A stretch of DNA of 64,000 nt from Tubulanus polymorphus (lineage: Eukaryota; Animalia; Nemertea), in assembly GCF_964204645.1 (NCBI RefSeq), contig NC_134034.1, positions 8,258,962 through 8,322,961 on the forward strand. The letters run 5' to 3'. Below, piece by piece: positions 50,269 to 62,860 of this stretch. The stretch's first letter is position 1. The number at the start of each line of letters is the position of its first letter. The position numbers and the translations under genes are program-made. A model generated the notes under the pieces. The model was not told the DNA's origin. It ran no database searches and was given only the letters and a program-made list of their open reading frames with translations.

Positions 50269-53200
50269 AATGGTAGCAGAGCGAAACAACTAAATTTGAT
50301 TGGTAGTGCGGTGAGCTACTAAAAAATTGCTGGTACATTTCAAAATGGCGTCAGTTGCCTACAAAAATCCGCCGCTGTTGGATAAAGCGACGGATTACCA
50401 ATCGTGGAAAGATGAGATTGAGATATGGAAACTAGTTACGGATTTAGATGTCAAAAAGCAGGCTTTAGCAGTGACGTTGACATTACAAGGACAAGCGAGG
50501 GCTGCTGCTCTTGAGCTGTCAACGGCATCGTTGAATGCTGACGATGGAATGAAATCTTTGCTTACAAAATTGGATACGGTTTTTAAGACTGGTGACACGG
50601 ATATTGCATACTCAATATACACAGCTTTTGAGAAGTTTAAACGGACTGAAGGTATGTCAATTAATGATTATATAATCGAATTTGAAAGGCTCAACAACCG
50701 GTGTGTTAAACGCAACATGCAGTTACCGGAAGCTGTGTTGGCATTTAAAATCTTGGATGGAGCTGGATTACAACAAAAAGAGAAGCAGCTTGCTCTCACA
50801 GCTTCACCTACCCTCACATTAGCAAGTATGAAATCTGCTCTCAAGCGGATATTTGGAGAGGCAAAAGTCAAACAGTCTACTGATGACAATTATGATGAAT
50901 TTCGACGTTATGGTACTGATGTGAAGGTCAAAGGTGAAGAACATAATACATTGTATGCAAATCAGGAAAATCGTGGTGCTCAACATAGATCTGGATTTGG
51001 CTCACGGGGCCGTGCAGGCTTTCAGACTAGACGCTCTAGTGTAACTAGCACGAATGTGCCGAGGGGCACGAATCCCATAGATAGATCTGGACGGAGAACT
51101 AGATGTGCTGTTTGTGGCAGTACTTTTTCACTGGGCTAAGAACTGTCCGCATAAGGCAGATGAAGTGCATGCTATGCAACACGAAGAGGTTTCTGATGAG
51201 GTTGTCCTTTTCACGAAGAGCTCTGGACAAGACAACACAATTTTCATGACAGAGGCTCTGGGTGCCGCTGTTATTGATACTGGATGTACTAGAACTGTGT
51301 GCGGTAAGAAGTGGCTCCATGATTATGTTGACTCATTATCACCTTCCGAAAGGGATAAGATTGTCGTCACATCTTCTAACAGGTTTTTCCGTTTTGGTGA
51401 CGGTAGGAAAGTACTTTCGTCTGAGAATGTTATCATCCCTGCAAACTTTGATGGTCATACGTGCCGATTATCTACAGACGTCGTTATGTAGATCTTCCTC
51501 TGCTCCTTAGCAAAGCGTCATTAAAAAAAGCAGATGCCATAATAAATGAAGGTAATGATAAAGTCCATATGTTCGGGAGGAATATCAAATTGGAGCAAAC
51601 TTCTATGGGACATTACTGTGTTAATATCTGTCGTGATAGATATTATAACGATGATTTTTGTAGTGAAGCGGTATTGATCCTTCAGACTGCTGACGATGTG
51701 AAGAGTAAAGAGAGGGCTATGTTAAAACTCCATCGTCAATTTGGACATGCTTCTTTAGAAAAGTTGAAAAATCTTCTAGAGAAAGCAGGAATCAGTGATG
51801 CAGAAACTCGTCAAGCTCTAGAAAGAGTCGTTACTCAGTGCCATTTATGTGAAAAGTACAAGAGAACATTAAGTCGTCCAACTGTCTCGCTACCCATGGC
51901 CTCAGATTGGAATGACACAGTTGCAGTAGATCTACATCAGTTAGGAGAATCATTATGGTATCTTCATATCATTGATCTCTACACGCGATACAGTGCGGGT
52001 GCTATTTTAAAGTCTAAAAGAGCGCATGATGTTATGGATGAATTCATTAAGCACTGGATTAGCGTTTTCGGCCCACCGAAAAGATTGTTCAGTGACAATG
52101 GTGGTGAGTTTATGAATGAAGAAATGATTGAAATGGGAGGACAGTTTGGCATCGAAATATTGACTACGGCAGCGTATAGTCCGTGGAGTAACGGAATTTG
52201 TGAAAGGCACAATAGGACACTAACTGAAATTGTTACAAAAATCAAGGACGATAGAGATTGTGACTGGGAGACAGCTTTAGCTTGGGCTCTAATGGCGACG
52301 AATACACTAAGTACTATTCATGGGTATAGTGCACATCAACTAGTTTTCGGCTGTAATCCCAACTTACCATCAGTCTTATGTGACAAACTGCCTGCATTAG
52401 AAGGAAGTACCACAGCTAATGGTATTGCAAAACACATTACGACTCTGTTTGCTGCAAGACAGGCATTTACTCAGGCTGAATGTTCTGAGAAGATAAGAAG
52501 GGCCCTTCGAAAACAGGTTCGAACTCACAATGATGAAATTTATAGAAGTGGTGACAAGGTGTTCTATAAAAGGCCCGACCAGTCAACATGGAAAGGACCT
52601 GCTTGAGTTATTGGCCAGGACGGAGTTGTGGTATTTGTTCGACATGGTGGTCAGCTCATTAGAGTACACACATGTCGGTTTAAAAAAGCTGTATCTGAGA
52701 TTAATCATCAACCTTACGACCACAAACGTTATCAACAATAAGATAAGTTTGCCGTAAGAAATGAAACCCAACCGGCAGTTGTACAGTCAAATAATGACAG
52801 TGATGACGAGAAAATCAACAACGAACAGGATTCCAGTGATAACGAGAAAGTTGACGGCGCATCTACTGGGACTGCAGCGCGACTTGAAGAAATAGTTGTT
52901 GATAATATGTTATCTGAGAACCAGACTTTGCCCAACACGGTCGGAAATGTGAACAGTTCTGATGACGCTTTGAATCAGGGAGTGGTTGATAATGAGAAGC
53001 CAACCTTAAAAAAGGGTCAGCAGATTAAATTTGAAGTAAATGGAAACACACAGGTAGGGACCATCATAGGCAGAGCTGGAAAGAAAACTGGACAATATAA
53101 AGACTGGTACAATATTGCAACAGTAAATTCAGATGGCGAGAGATATCAGAGTTCAGTGGATATAAATCAGTTAGATAATCTTCAAGTTCTCGAACCAACG

Positions 53201-54670
53201 ATTGACGATGCCGATGTATTAGTAGCGCAATATGGGATTTTTGACCAAGCTAAAGAAGCAGAGCTAAAAAGCAGGAAAGACCATGGAGTGTACAAAAGAG
53301 TCAAAGATAGTGGTCAGCGTGCCGTATCTACTAGATGGATCTGTAATATGAAAGAAAAAGAGGGTGTTCTGGTACCTAAAGCTAGACTGGTAGCGAGAGG
53401 GTTCGAAGAAAAAGAACTGTCTGCTGAAAGAGATTCACCTACATGTTCCAGTGAGTCGCAGAAAATAGCGCTAACTATCCTTGCTAAAAAAAAATGGCTG
53501 CCCAAGTCAATGGACATTAAAAGTGCTTTTCTCCAAGGAGACAACTTTGACAGACAAGTCTTTTTGGTAGGCTACCCCCTAAAGAATCCTGTGAAAATGG
53601 TTATTTATGGCAGTTAAAAAAATGCGTTTATGGTCTCAGTGATGCTTCTCTGTGTTGGTACAAGAAGGTAAAATCCACCTTGTCTGGTATGGGAGCAAGG
53701 ATATGTCAATATGACCCAGCTGTTTTCTACTGGCTTGATGAGAATGGTCTACTTACTGGCATACTATTATGTCATGTTGATGATTTTCTATGGAGAGGTG
53801 ATGAATCATTTGAAAAAACTGTTATCTGCAAGATTCGAGAGAAATTTATCGTTGGAAGGGAAGATGTACAGGCTTTCAGATATGTTGGTATGCATCTAAA
53901 CATATCGCAAGATGTCATGACTCTCGATCAGGATTTCTATAAGCAAAATTTAGAATTCGTAAAAATTAGTAGTGTCCGGGCACAAAACCAAAGTGATTGT
54001 CTTACTGAAAATGAGAAGACAGCGATGAGAAAAAAAGTAGGTCAGCTTCTGTGGCTTGGCCGTCAAACAAGACCAGATTTAATATTCGATGTCTGCCAGC
54101 TTGCATCCTCAATAAAGAAAGGAAAAGTTGGAGATATTTTGGCGTTGAATAAAGTGATTAAAAGGGCTAAAGCTGAAAATGTCAGCATACAATTTCAGTA
54201 TCTGAAGAATTCTAGAATGTTGGTTTATTGTGATGCATCATTAGGGAATTTATCTGATGGCGGTACTCAAGGTGGCTATTTTAGACGTTAGCTTTAGCGG
54301 ATGCGGTTGATGCCGCCTTACCTTTATGATTGATGTACACTGAGCTTATGTTTGGCAGAAAGGAGTTTGGTTTAGTTGATGTGATATGCCTCACTGATAG
54401 TAAATCGCTGTGTGAAGCAGTCGTTTCCAACAAAGCAGTCACTGAGAAACATCTCAGAATCGATATAGCTGCTATAAAAGAAGTTATTGAAAATGGTGCG
54501 CTGAAAGAGCTGCGTTGGATCGACTCGAATAAACAACTAGCTGATTGCCTTACAAAAAAAGGTGTGTCAGCTGCGGGTCTGTTGCAGGCTTTGGAGTCTG
54601 GAACTATTCAGTGGACGCTATAAACATTGTTGATGCCATGTAAATAGATAAGCCATGACTTATAAATTTT

Positions 54671-54803
54671 TGTAATTCTTCCGTAGAAAAGTGTTCTACT
54701 CCGTCAGAAAGTTACGACTTGTAATTCTTCAGTAGAAAAGTGTTCTACTCCGTTAGAAAGTTACGAATTGTAATTCTTCAGTGGACAAGCGTTCTGCTCC
54801 GTT
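54671..54803 (+). repeat. 49-bp tandem repeat (~2.7 units) in the GalEa 3' untranslated region
   Basis: TGTAATTCTTC.GTAGAAAAGTGTTCTACTCCGT.AGAAAGTTACGA at 54671, 54720 and 54769. Confidence 0.9.
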
Positions 54804-54824
54804 AAAAAGAAAGATAGATGAGAT

Positions 54825-54982
54825 TGTTAGATATGTGGACTTGGGCTTTTTGGGGTTAGAAAAATTGACGGGACAGCGAAGGGATACCGAGCTCGGTTGC
54901 GCGTGTGCGTGGATTGTGTGTTTAGGAATTAGTCTTTTACAATGCGTGTAAGAGGCCTTACTGGAAATTAAGGTGATTATCA
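54825..54982 (+). repeat. 3' LTR of the GalEa element
   Basis: See 5' LTR; followed by the TAGGC TSD. Confidence 0.97.
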
Positions 54983-55076
54983 TAGGCTATGTGGCGATAA
55001 TGTTCATTTTCTGTTAATATATCCTTACATGATAAGACAAGCCCATTTTAGCTGCCCTGAAGATCACACTACATGA

Positions 55077-56320
55077 AACTAGGGGTCCAGGGACACCATG
55101 CCCACTCTGGAAGTGGTTCCAAATGCTCAACAATCTAACAATTTCAATATTCAACGCCCCCTGGTGACCATATACAAAAACCAATGACCTTGAAACTCAC
55201 CACAATCATAGAACATGTCAGCAGCTACGATTTTGTAATTGATTGTGATAACAAAATATGCCTCATTACCAATTTAATATGGAAGTACTAAGTTATTCTA
55301 CTATTCAACGCCCCCTGGTGACCATATTCAAAACCCAATGACCTCGAAACTCACCACAATCATAGAACATGTCATGAACTACAACTTTGCAATTGATCAT
55401 GGTAACAAAATATGCCTAGGTACCAATAGAATAAGGAAATACTTAGTACTATTCAACGCCCCCTGGTGACAATATAGAAAAACTAATGTCCTTAAAACTA
55501 GCAACAATCATAGATGATGTCATGAGCTACAACTTTCCAATGGATTGTGGTTACAAAATATGCATAGGTACGAATATAATAAAGAAATGCGAAGATATTG
55601 TATTATTCAACGCCCCCTGGTGGCCATATACGAAATCCAATTACCTTGAAACTCACCACAATCATAGCACACATTATGAGCTACAACTTTCTAATTGATT
55701 GTGGTAGCAAAATACACTTTTTTAGGTATCAATATAATGTGGAAAAACTTTTTCCCACTTACGAATGAGTACTGGTGACACCAAGATGGCCGCCAATTGC
55801 GTCATAATTGGCTGATGAAAAATACCTGTCTCAGGTATAAAACATCCCTTTCCAAAGAATACCCATCACAAATGGCAAACCAGTAGGAAGCTACAGGACT
55901 CAGGATTCGGGCCAAAATTAACATTTTTGGGCACTGAAAAGGTCATAGGACGACCATCTTGAGTCCGATCGACCTAATTTTTGTTATGCTGATGGGCCCT
56001 GGGGGGATTCACATATATCCGAAAGATCAAGCTAATTGATCAAAGCGTCTTCAAAATTTCCCTCAAAAAGTTCAAAAATGTGTAAAAAGTGCTGATTTTG
56101 GCGAACAATGGCTGCCAGTCGGCCATCTTGATTCTGACAGGGCCTGTTTTTGGGCTGAAGATAGGTCTAGGGTAGATACATGTGTAACCCAAATATCAAG
56201 ACGTTACCTTGAAGCGTCTTCAAAACTTCCAAAAATAACTGGATTCCGTCTTCGGACGGACGACGGACGAAAAGTGAACGCAATAGCCCGCTGGGACTAA
56301 AGTCCCAAGTGGGCTAAAAA
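55077..56320 (-). mobile_element. HINE-A, full-length copy
   Basis: Both ends, about 4 array units, (CGGA)n. Confidence 0.9.
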
Positions 56321-58080
56321 TGTTCGACCCCAGTATCCTAGGTACTATATATAAAAAGACAAGGGAGCCAACTCTCCGTCAGATCGGTCGATAGGTATGT
56401 CACTTCAACAGTTCGTAACTTCGTTATTGATAATCAAATCCGCTTTAAGAAAGATTATTCTTAAAGATAACGAATTTCTGCGTTAGACTGGGTGGTTTGA
56501 GAAAGATTTGAGTGCCTTTGAGATTGTTAAATCGTTCGATTAATCCGAAAAAAATCGGCAAAATCCGTCTGTACCGCACCAGCCTGGAAGTAAATATGAC
56601 CATGATTTTTTAAAACAAATGGCGCTTTCGATCAGAAATTCTGAACCGATTTTTACAAACGAGGGCTTTTTGGAAAGCTTAGAATCGGATCTTACCTCTG
56701 CATATCGTTATTTCTGATTAAAATGAAAATCCTGTCTGTAGCGAACGCAAAATTTGATCGAGATCGAAAACGGGTTTCAAAATCGCGACATGGCGGCCAT
56801 TAATCATAGCTCCGCGCTTAATACGAAAATCGAGAATTCAAATAAAAAACTTTTGACGCGGAAACACATCGCAAATTTGACAAAATATCTTACATTTATG
56901 TAATTAATCTAAGAATAGGTATTTGTTGTAGTTATTCTTAAAATGCGCAAAAATGTGATTAGAAAACATCGCGTTAAAGCATTGAGTGCGGTACTCATCA
57001 GCTGGCGCCACCATGCGGCGACCACGGTAATGAGAGGAGCCGTTTTTCAATCTCGGCCCGGTTTTATATTCCCTATGAACAAGATTATCAATTAAAACGG
57101 AAATAACGATATTCAGAAGTAAGTTCAGGGTCCAATCTTTCCAAAAAGTATTCGTTTGTAAAAATCGGTTCAGAATTTCTGGTCGAAAGCGCAGTTTGTT
57201 TTCAAAAATCATGGTCATATCACAGGCACTTGAATATGGGCTTTGATAATGGATAAATATTTAATGATTCACCAGCGATACGTTGTTCCTACTTCGATAA
57301 TCCGCCATGTTTTATAATATTTTACCCATGATGCAACGCGCGCCCGTCGTTTAACTATACTATACAGAAAGGCTGGAAACGATCCTATCTCCGTAATGCT
57401 TAAATCTACCCGCAATTATCGGGACAGCCGAACACTGCCGATGATTGCCGAAGTACGTCCTTAGTGTGAATTTTAATCCTGAAATATAGGCCCTAAGAAG
57501 CGCTCATAATTTCAATTGTAGATGATTATTTGGAAACATTGACACTGTTTTAGCTCCATTAAAGATTTTAACTGGCAACAAAATTGATTTTTTGAAAATT
57601 CGCGATGCCTCTTCGGGATTGCTGTGACGTCATCTGTCCCGATATTTGCGGGTAGATTTAAGCATTACGGAGATAGGAGCGTTTCCAGCCTTTCTGTATA
57701 GTATAGTTAGATACACGAGGAATGGGCATTGGATCATGGGTAAAACAGTTGCATCATGGATAATTAAGATGGCAACCCCGTTGGTGTTTTTATCGTAGAT
57801 TACGATAAATTATATCATTTTTGACGCACCAACAAGGTCAAAGCCCATATTCAAGTGCCTATGGTCATATTTACTTCCAGGCTGGTGAGGTACAGACGGA
57901 TTTTGCCGATTTTTTCGGATTAAACGAACGATTTAACATTCTCAAAGGCACTCAAATCTTTCTCAAACCACCCAGTCTAACGCAGAAATTCGCTATCTTT
58001 AAGAATAATCTTACTTGAAGCGGATTGGATTATCAATAACGAAGTTACGAACTGTTGTTGAAGTGACATACCTATCGACC

Positions 58081-61000
58081 TTGAACTTGAACTTTAATTT
58101 TATTATTATTATATTATTATTATATTATTATTATATTATTATTATTATATTATTATTATACTTTATTCACGAATTAAATTACACTAGAAAATTACAACAA
58201 GATAATATAATAAAATAATGTAATTCAAGTTATTGCTCCATATAATACACAAGTTACATAGGAAATGACATGCAATAAAATATTAACATCAAGACACAGG
58301 GAAAACAGTACAAGAGTGGACATACATTTAAAATCGCTTTTATAATGGATAACATAGGAATAGAGAATATTTACAAATAAAATATGTTAAACGTAAAACA
58401 AAATATAATACTACAGCAAGGAAACTAGGTGGCAATACAATCAAGTGAATATAATATAAAAGAATCAAAGTGTTGAACGGAGGGCAAGTAAAGAGTTAAC
58501 TAGGTTACACATAAGGCTGGCAATTTCATAGTCTCCGTTGTTATAGGACATCAAAAATATGAATTTATCGAAAACACAAAAAGACTCAAACTCTGTGAAA
58601 CATACAAATGAGGATAAAATGGAAACTCTGGCAGGATGAAGCGAGGGACACTCGAGTAAAAAGTGGGATTCGTCCTCAACGACTTTATTTACAGTACAGT
58701 AGAGGCAAAATCTCTCATTGGCTGGTAAAAATGGACGACAGTGACGCCCCGTCTCGATTCTAAGCTGATGGGAACCGAGACGCAGTTTGGAAAATTCGCG
58801 TCTTTTAAGGAAAGAGTTCGAAATAATATATTTTTCTAATTCAAAGCGTTTTTTAAAAAGTTTATAAGTTCTTAATTTGGGGTTGGAATTACTGTCGTTG
58901 ATTTGAAATAGCCACGAAGAAGAATATAAGAGATACATTTTAGACTGGAGCAGCTTGATAATTTTATTGGGGTGGTTGGAGCCATGATTAGACCAAACAC
59001 CATGAAGATCAAATGATTTTAGTATTGAGAAAATTCCAGAACACCAATTTGGGAGTGTGTCCATACATTGCACACAGTCCAGATAGGATTTATACACTAA
59101 TGAGGCAGGATTCAATTTACAAAGACGAAACCAAAATTTAACCATCAGGGGAATAAATGATATAAGCAAGGGGAACTGGCCTAAGTCGCCGCGAACAGCC
59201 GCATTAACGGACCTTTTGTTTACACCAAGTAAGTATTTGCCAAAGTTCAGATAAAGCTTTTCGCAGGGCAGAGAGTTACAGGTGTTATAAAAATTAGAGG
59301 GTTCCAGCTTGGAATCAAAGAAGGAACACCAGACCTCAGTACAATAACCGATAATGGGACGGATAAGGCTGTTAAAGAGAAAATATGCAGTAGAGACACA
59401 ATCCCTGATATTAATAGTTTTTAATTTAAATAGGGCCTTAGAAGCACATTCAAGCAGGAGGTCACATGCATTATTAAATTTACCAGAAGGAGTGAACGTG
59501 ATACCTAGATAACAATAGCTGTTGACAATTTCGATTGGAGAGCCTGAATAGAAGAAAGAAAGTTTGCTGATGATCCGACCCCCCTTATTGAATATAATTA
59601 TTTTAGTTTTGGCAAGGTTAACAGATAGACCCCACGTATTACAATAAAGGGCCAGTTTATTAAGGGCACACTGTACACCAGAGTGGGATTTGCTAATAAT
59701 GACAAGGTCGTCGGCATAAAGTAAGCAGTTTATATCTACATCATGTAAGGAAACCGGGTCACATTCGTCAAAGATAAGGGGAAGATCACTTATAAATAAA
59801 TTAAACAGGATAGGACTTAGTACACAACCTTGTTTGACACCAACATTGGAACCGATGACAGAGCTAAAATCACCGTTGCTTTTTACTACATATTTCACAT
59901 CAGAATAAATATTTTCAATAACATATAGAAATTTACCACCTATGCCCAGTTGAGACAATTTAGATAGAAGGGCAGTACGTTGGATGGAGTCAAAAGCAGA
60001 CCGGAAGTCGACAAAGCAGCAGTAGAGTTTTTGTTTAGAGAGTTTTTTGATATATTTGTCAATGATTGTTTTAAGGGTTAATATGTGGTCGGCAGTGCGC
60101 ATACCTTTCTGGAAACCAATTTGGCACTGAGGGATGAGATGGTTGGTAAGTGAAAAGTCATAAAGGCATTGATAGAGAACACTACAAAAAAGTTTACATA
60201 GATTGCTACTGACAGCAATCCCCCGATAATTAGAACAAAGATTTCTGTCCCCTTTTTGAAAACAGGGTGAAGGATATTACAGCGCCAGGGGTCAGGAAAA
60301 ACACCGGTCGACAGAATTTGGTTAAAGATTTTATGGAGTACAGGGAGCAATAGGCTATGGCCAGCCTTAATCATTTCGTTACATATATTATCAGTGCCAT
60401 GGGCTTTGCCACACCTGAGTTTTGAGATAGCAGAGGAGATTTCATTGAAGGAAATCTCGTGGTTCAGGGGCGACGTAGAATGATTATGGCAGGCTAGTAT
60501 GGATTCAATTCTATTTTCGGAGAGAGGATGAATGTTGCCAAGAGAGGTATTAAGGAGACTAGTGAAGTGACTTGACCACTGGGCTAAACTTATATTAGAC
60601 TTAAACGAGGGTTTGTCAATGTTTCTTAGGTTATCAAATAAATTCCAGTATTCTCTGGGGTCTTTGGAACGGAGTAGCTCCATCTGAGAGAGAATGAGGT
60701 TTTTATAAGACGACTTTTTGCGATTTAGGAGGGTTTTATACTTCTTCTTCAACAAACGGAATCTACAGAGCAAACGGTGGTCATAAGGGTGTTTACGAAG
60801 ATAAGGAGCAAGGGACAGGATCTCTTTCTTGAGAGCGGAGCATTCAGAGTCAAACCATTTATTAGAACGACTAGTGAGGTGTGGAGGTCTCGCTTTAGCT
60901 TGGTTAGGACGTTTACGCTTAATGCCAGCTTTCAGACAGGCTTTATCAAAAATAGAACAGAGATCGGTGACATTATTATTGACGTCAGCTTGACTGTTGG

Positions 61001-62457
61001 TTAGAGATGAGATGTCCTTCGAAACGTCATGGGAAGCGAGCGCAGCCATGAATTTCGTATCGTCACCACGGTTCCAAATAACCTTCACAGATGAATTTTG
61101 ATGCGAGTCAGTAGAGGAGGGAACCGAACACTCGACACTAAAACGCGCAGAGATAACAGTGGATAGTACACAATGGATGGAGTATAGGTTGGGGGAGTCA
61201 ACGTGAAACAGGTCAATGATTGGCAACATATCAACCGAGCAGATAGAGTAATCGATGACACTGGGAGAACCAGAGTGGCTGTAACAGGTGAAGGAGCCTA
61301 AGGTATCACCCAGGCAACGGCCATTTAATATACGGAAGCTAGAGTTTTTACACAGATTAAGCAGATTTTTACCATGGGCATCAATAGGGTGGTTGTCCGA
61401 ATTGTATCTACGCAAAACCTGATCAGCTAGCGGGTCAATGTAGTCAGAGATATCAGTGTTGTTAGGGATATCACTACAGTAGTCAGGGTAGGTAGCCGTT
61501 TTGGCATTAAAATCGCCTAAAAGGAGACAATGACCCTTGGCCGAATAAAATGCTAGATCACTTTCTAAGAGATCAAAAATATCGTCACCCAGTTTAGAAG
61601 CCGTGGAAGAAAGGGGGCTTATGTAGACCACAGCTAAAAAGATATCATATTCTAGATTGAAAAAGGATTTACAGAGCCGAACCCATAACAGTTCATTCGA
61701 AGTGACGGGAAGGACCTTGACCCCTTCCTTAATCTCGTCTTTGATAAGAATAGCAGTACCACCATAATTGCGGGAGGCGTTTTTACTTCGCGGACGGATG
61801 TTTTGGAAAATTTTGTAGCCCTCAAAGTCTAGAATATCATCTTTTGAACAGTGTGTCTCCACAAGCCCAAAAATATCGTATTTACAGATAATACTTTGAA
61901 TATCAACATTTGATAGTTTACATGTGCGATGGCCAGCAATTCTGCTGTGGAGGCCATCAACATTCCAAAAACCACAACTAATTCTGCTAAGAAATTTCGA
62001 GGGTGACATGAATAAATGAGACTAAATAAGAGGAGGAAAATCCGAGAACACACCAATTATACACAAAAGCTAGAATAGGATAAAAGCACACAATATCAAT
62101 AGAACAGATAAAATAACGCGAAAGGATATACAAACTAGTAATGAGTAACAGGATTTAAGTAACTTAAAAGTAAGTTTAATACTACACGTAGGGAGCACCA
62201 TGAAAAGAGCCTAGCGACGGTCCCTGAAAACAGATTGCAGCAAATTTCCGAGCTGGTGAACGATTTCACCAGAGAACGAACTGTAGTTGTTATTGAAGTT
62301 ACCAGTACCGTTACGGACCGGGTTCGAGCGATAATTGAATGAGCGTTTGTTAAAAACCGGATTTGGAGCGCGTCGATCAGGATTACGAGAGGATGTTGAA
62401 GTAGGTCGGTTTCTGGACTGGAACGTATGAGCGGCATCAGTAGGATGATCAGTTGGA
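58081..62457 (-). mobile_element. RTE-X-like LINE, 5'-truncated, near-intact ORF2
   Basis: APE (WNVDG, ETH, GDFN), RT (DFRSAFD, QGCVLSP, YADD) and C-terminal HQLRIETGR..CxxC..EDExHFLLEC. (GTTCAA)n tail and CGACC TSD. Clade assignment by motif only. Confidence 0.88.
58465..62009 (-). pseudogene. LINE ORF2 (endonuclease/reverse transcriptase) with one apparent frameshift near 60250
   Basis: Shifting frame at KKG restores D....NYRGI....LCKLF...QIGF..GMRTADH and joins ORFs 60078-62009 and 58465-60102. Confidence 0.88.
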
Positions 62458-62667
62458 CGACCGATCTGACGGAGAGTTGGCTCCCTTGTTTTTTTATATA
62501 TAGTACCTACAGGATACTGGGGTCAAAAATTTTTTTTGTCAGGTCCCTGTGGTCATCCCTAACGAGTAACGTTTGTATACGGTCATCCTTTATTACCGAG
62601 ATGACGTATTTCCGAAAAGCTTACCACCAACGATTGGATTCTACTAACTACCCACGGGCCTACTTAC

Positions 62668-62756
62668 ATTTCTTTAACCCTCGCAACTCCAACTTCGTGA
62701 TGGCTCAGTCCATCAACGGCTTTGTCTTCTTCTAATTTTTGATGTGAACTTTCCAT
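62668..62756 (-). CDS. DUS3L: DUS3L exon 1 (MESSHQKLEEDKAVDGLSHHEVGVARVKE+AT)
   Basis: ATG at 62756 and GTAAGT donor after 62668. Phase 2 joins the single leading G of exon 2 to give GVARVKEMY, resembling the GVAPIK..Y motif at the DUS3L N-terminus. Confidence 0.8.
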
Positions 62757-62860
62757 AATTATTTCTCTTTCAGCCAGTTTCGGGTCGCAGCGCGCAGTTT
62801 AACCTGAAAAACCCGGAAATAAATAAACAAAACAAACGTTACCCACGTGCGTGGCGTTGT
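62757..62860 (-). promoter_or_regulatory. Probable DUS3L 5'UTR / core promoter
   Basis: Immediately upstream of the ATG and locally CpG-richer, with an ETS-like CCGGAAA (~62813) and an E-box CACGTG (~62843). Function is inferred. Confidence 0.35.

Larger units (their letters stand above)
50111..54982 (+). mobile_element. Ty1/Copia LTR retrotransposon, GalEa clade, full length but coding-defective
   Basis: 158-bp TG..CA LTRs, TAGGC TSD, PBS TGGTAGCAGAGC, and gag-PR(IDTGC)-IN(HxxFGH, CxxC, SDNGGEF)-RT(KARLVARG, HVDD)-RH(QLADCLTK) order. PPT before the 3' LTR. Confidence 0.95.
56326..62525. mobile_element. Nested fold-back (long-TIR) non-autonomous element; right arm split by a LINE
   Basis: Left arm 56326-56603 pairs with 57861-58080 plus 62458-62525. 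Inner inverted pairs at 56594/57220, 57221/57860 and 57352/57708. Confidence 0.8.

Noticed and set aside
50030-50338. Duplicated minus-strand ORFs (also 54753-54983)
   Set aside because: They are antisense readings of the two LTRs.
58099-58160. (ATT)n-rich tract as an independent feature
   Set aside because: Low-complexity part of the LINE 3' end.
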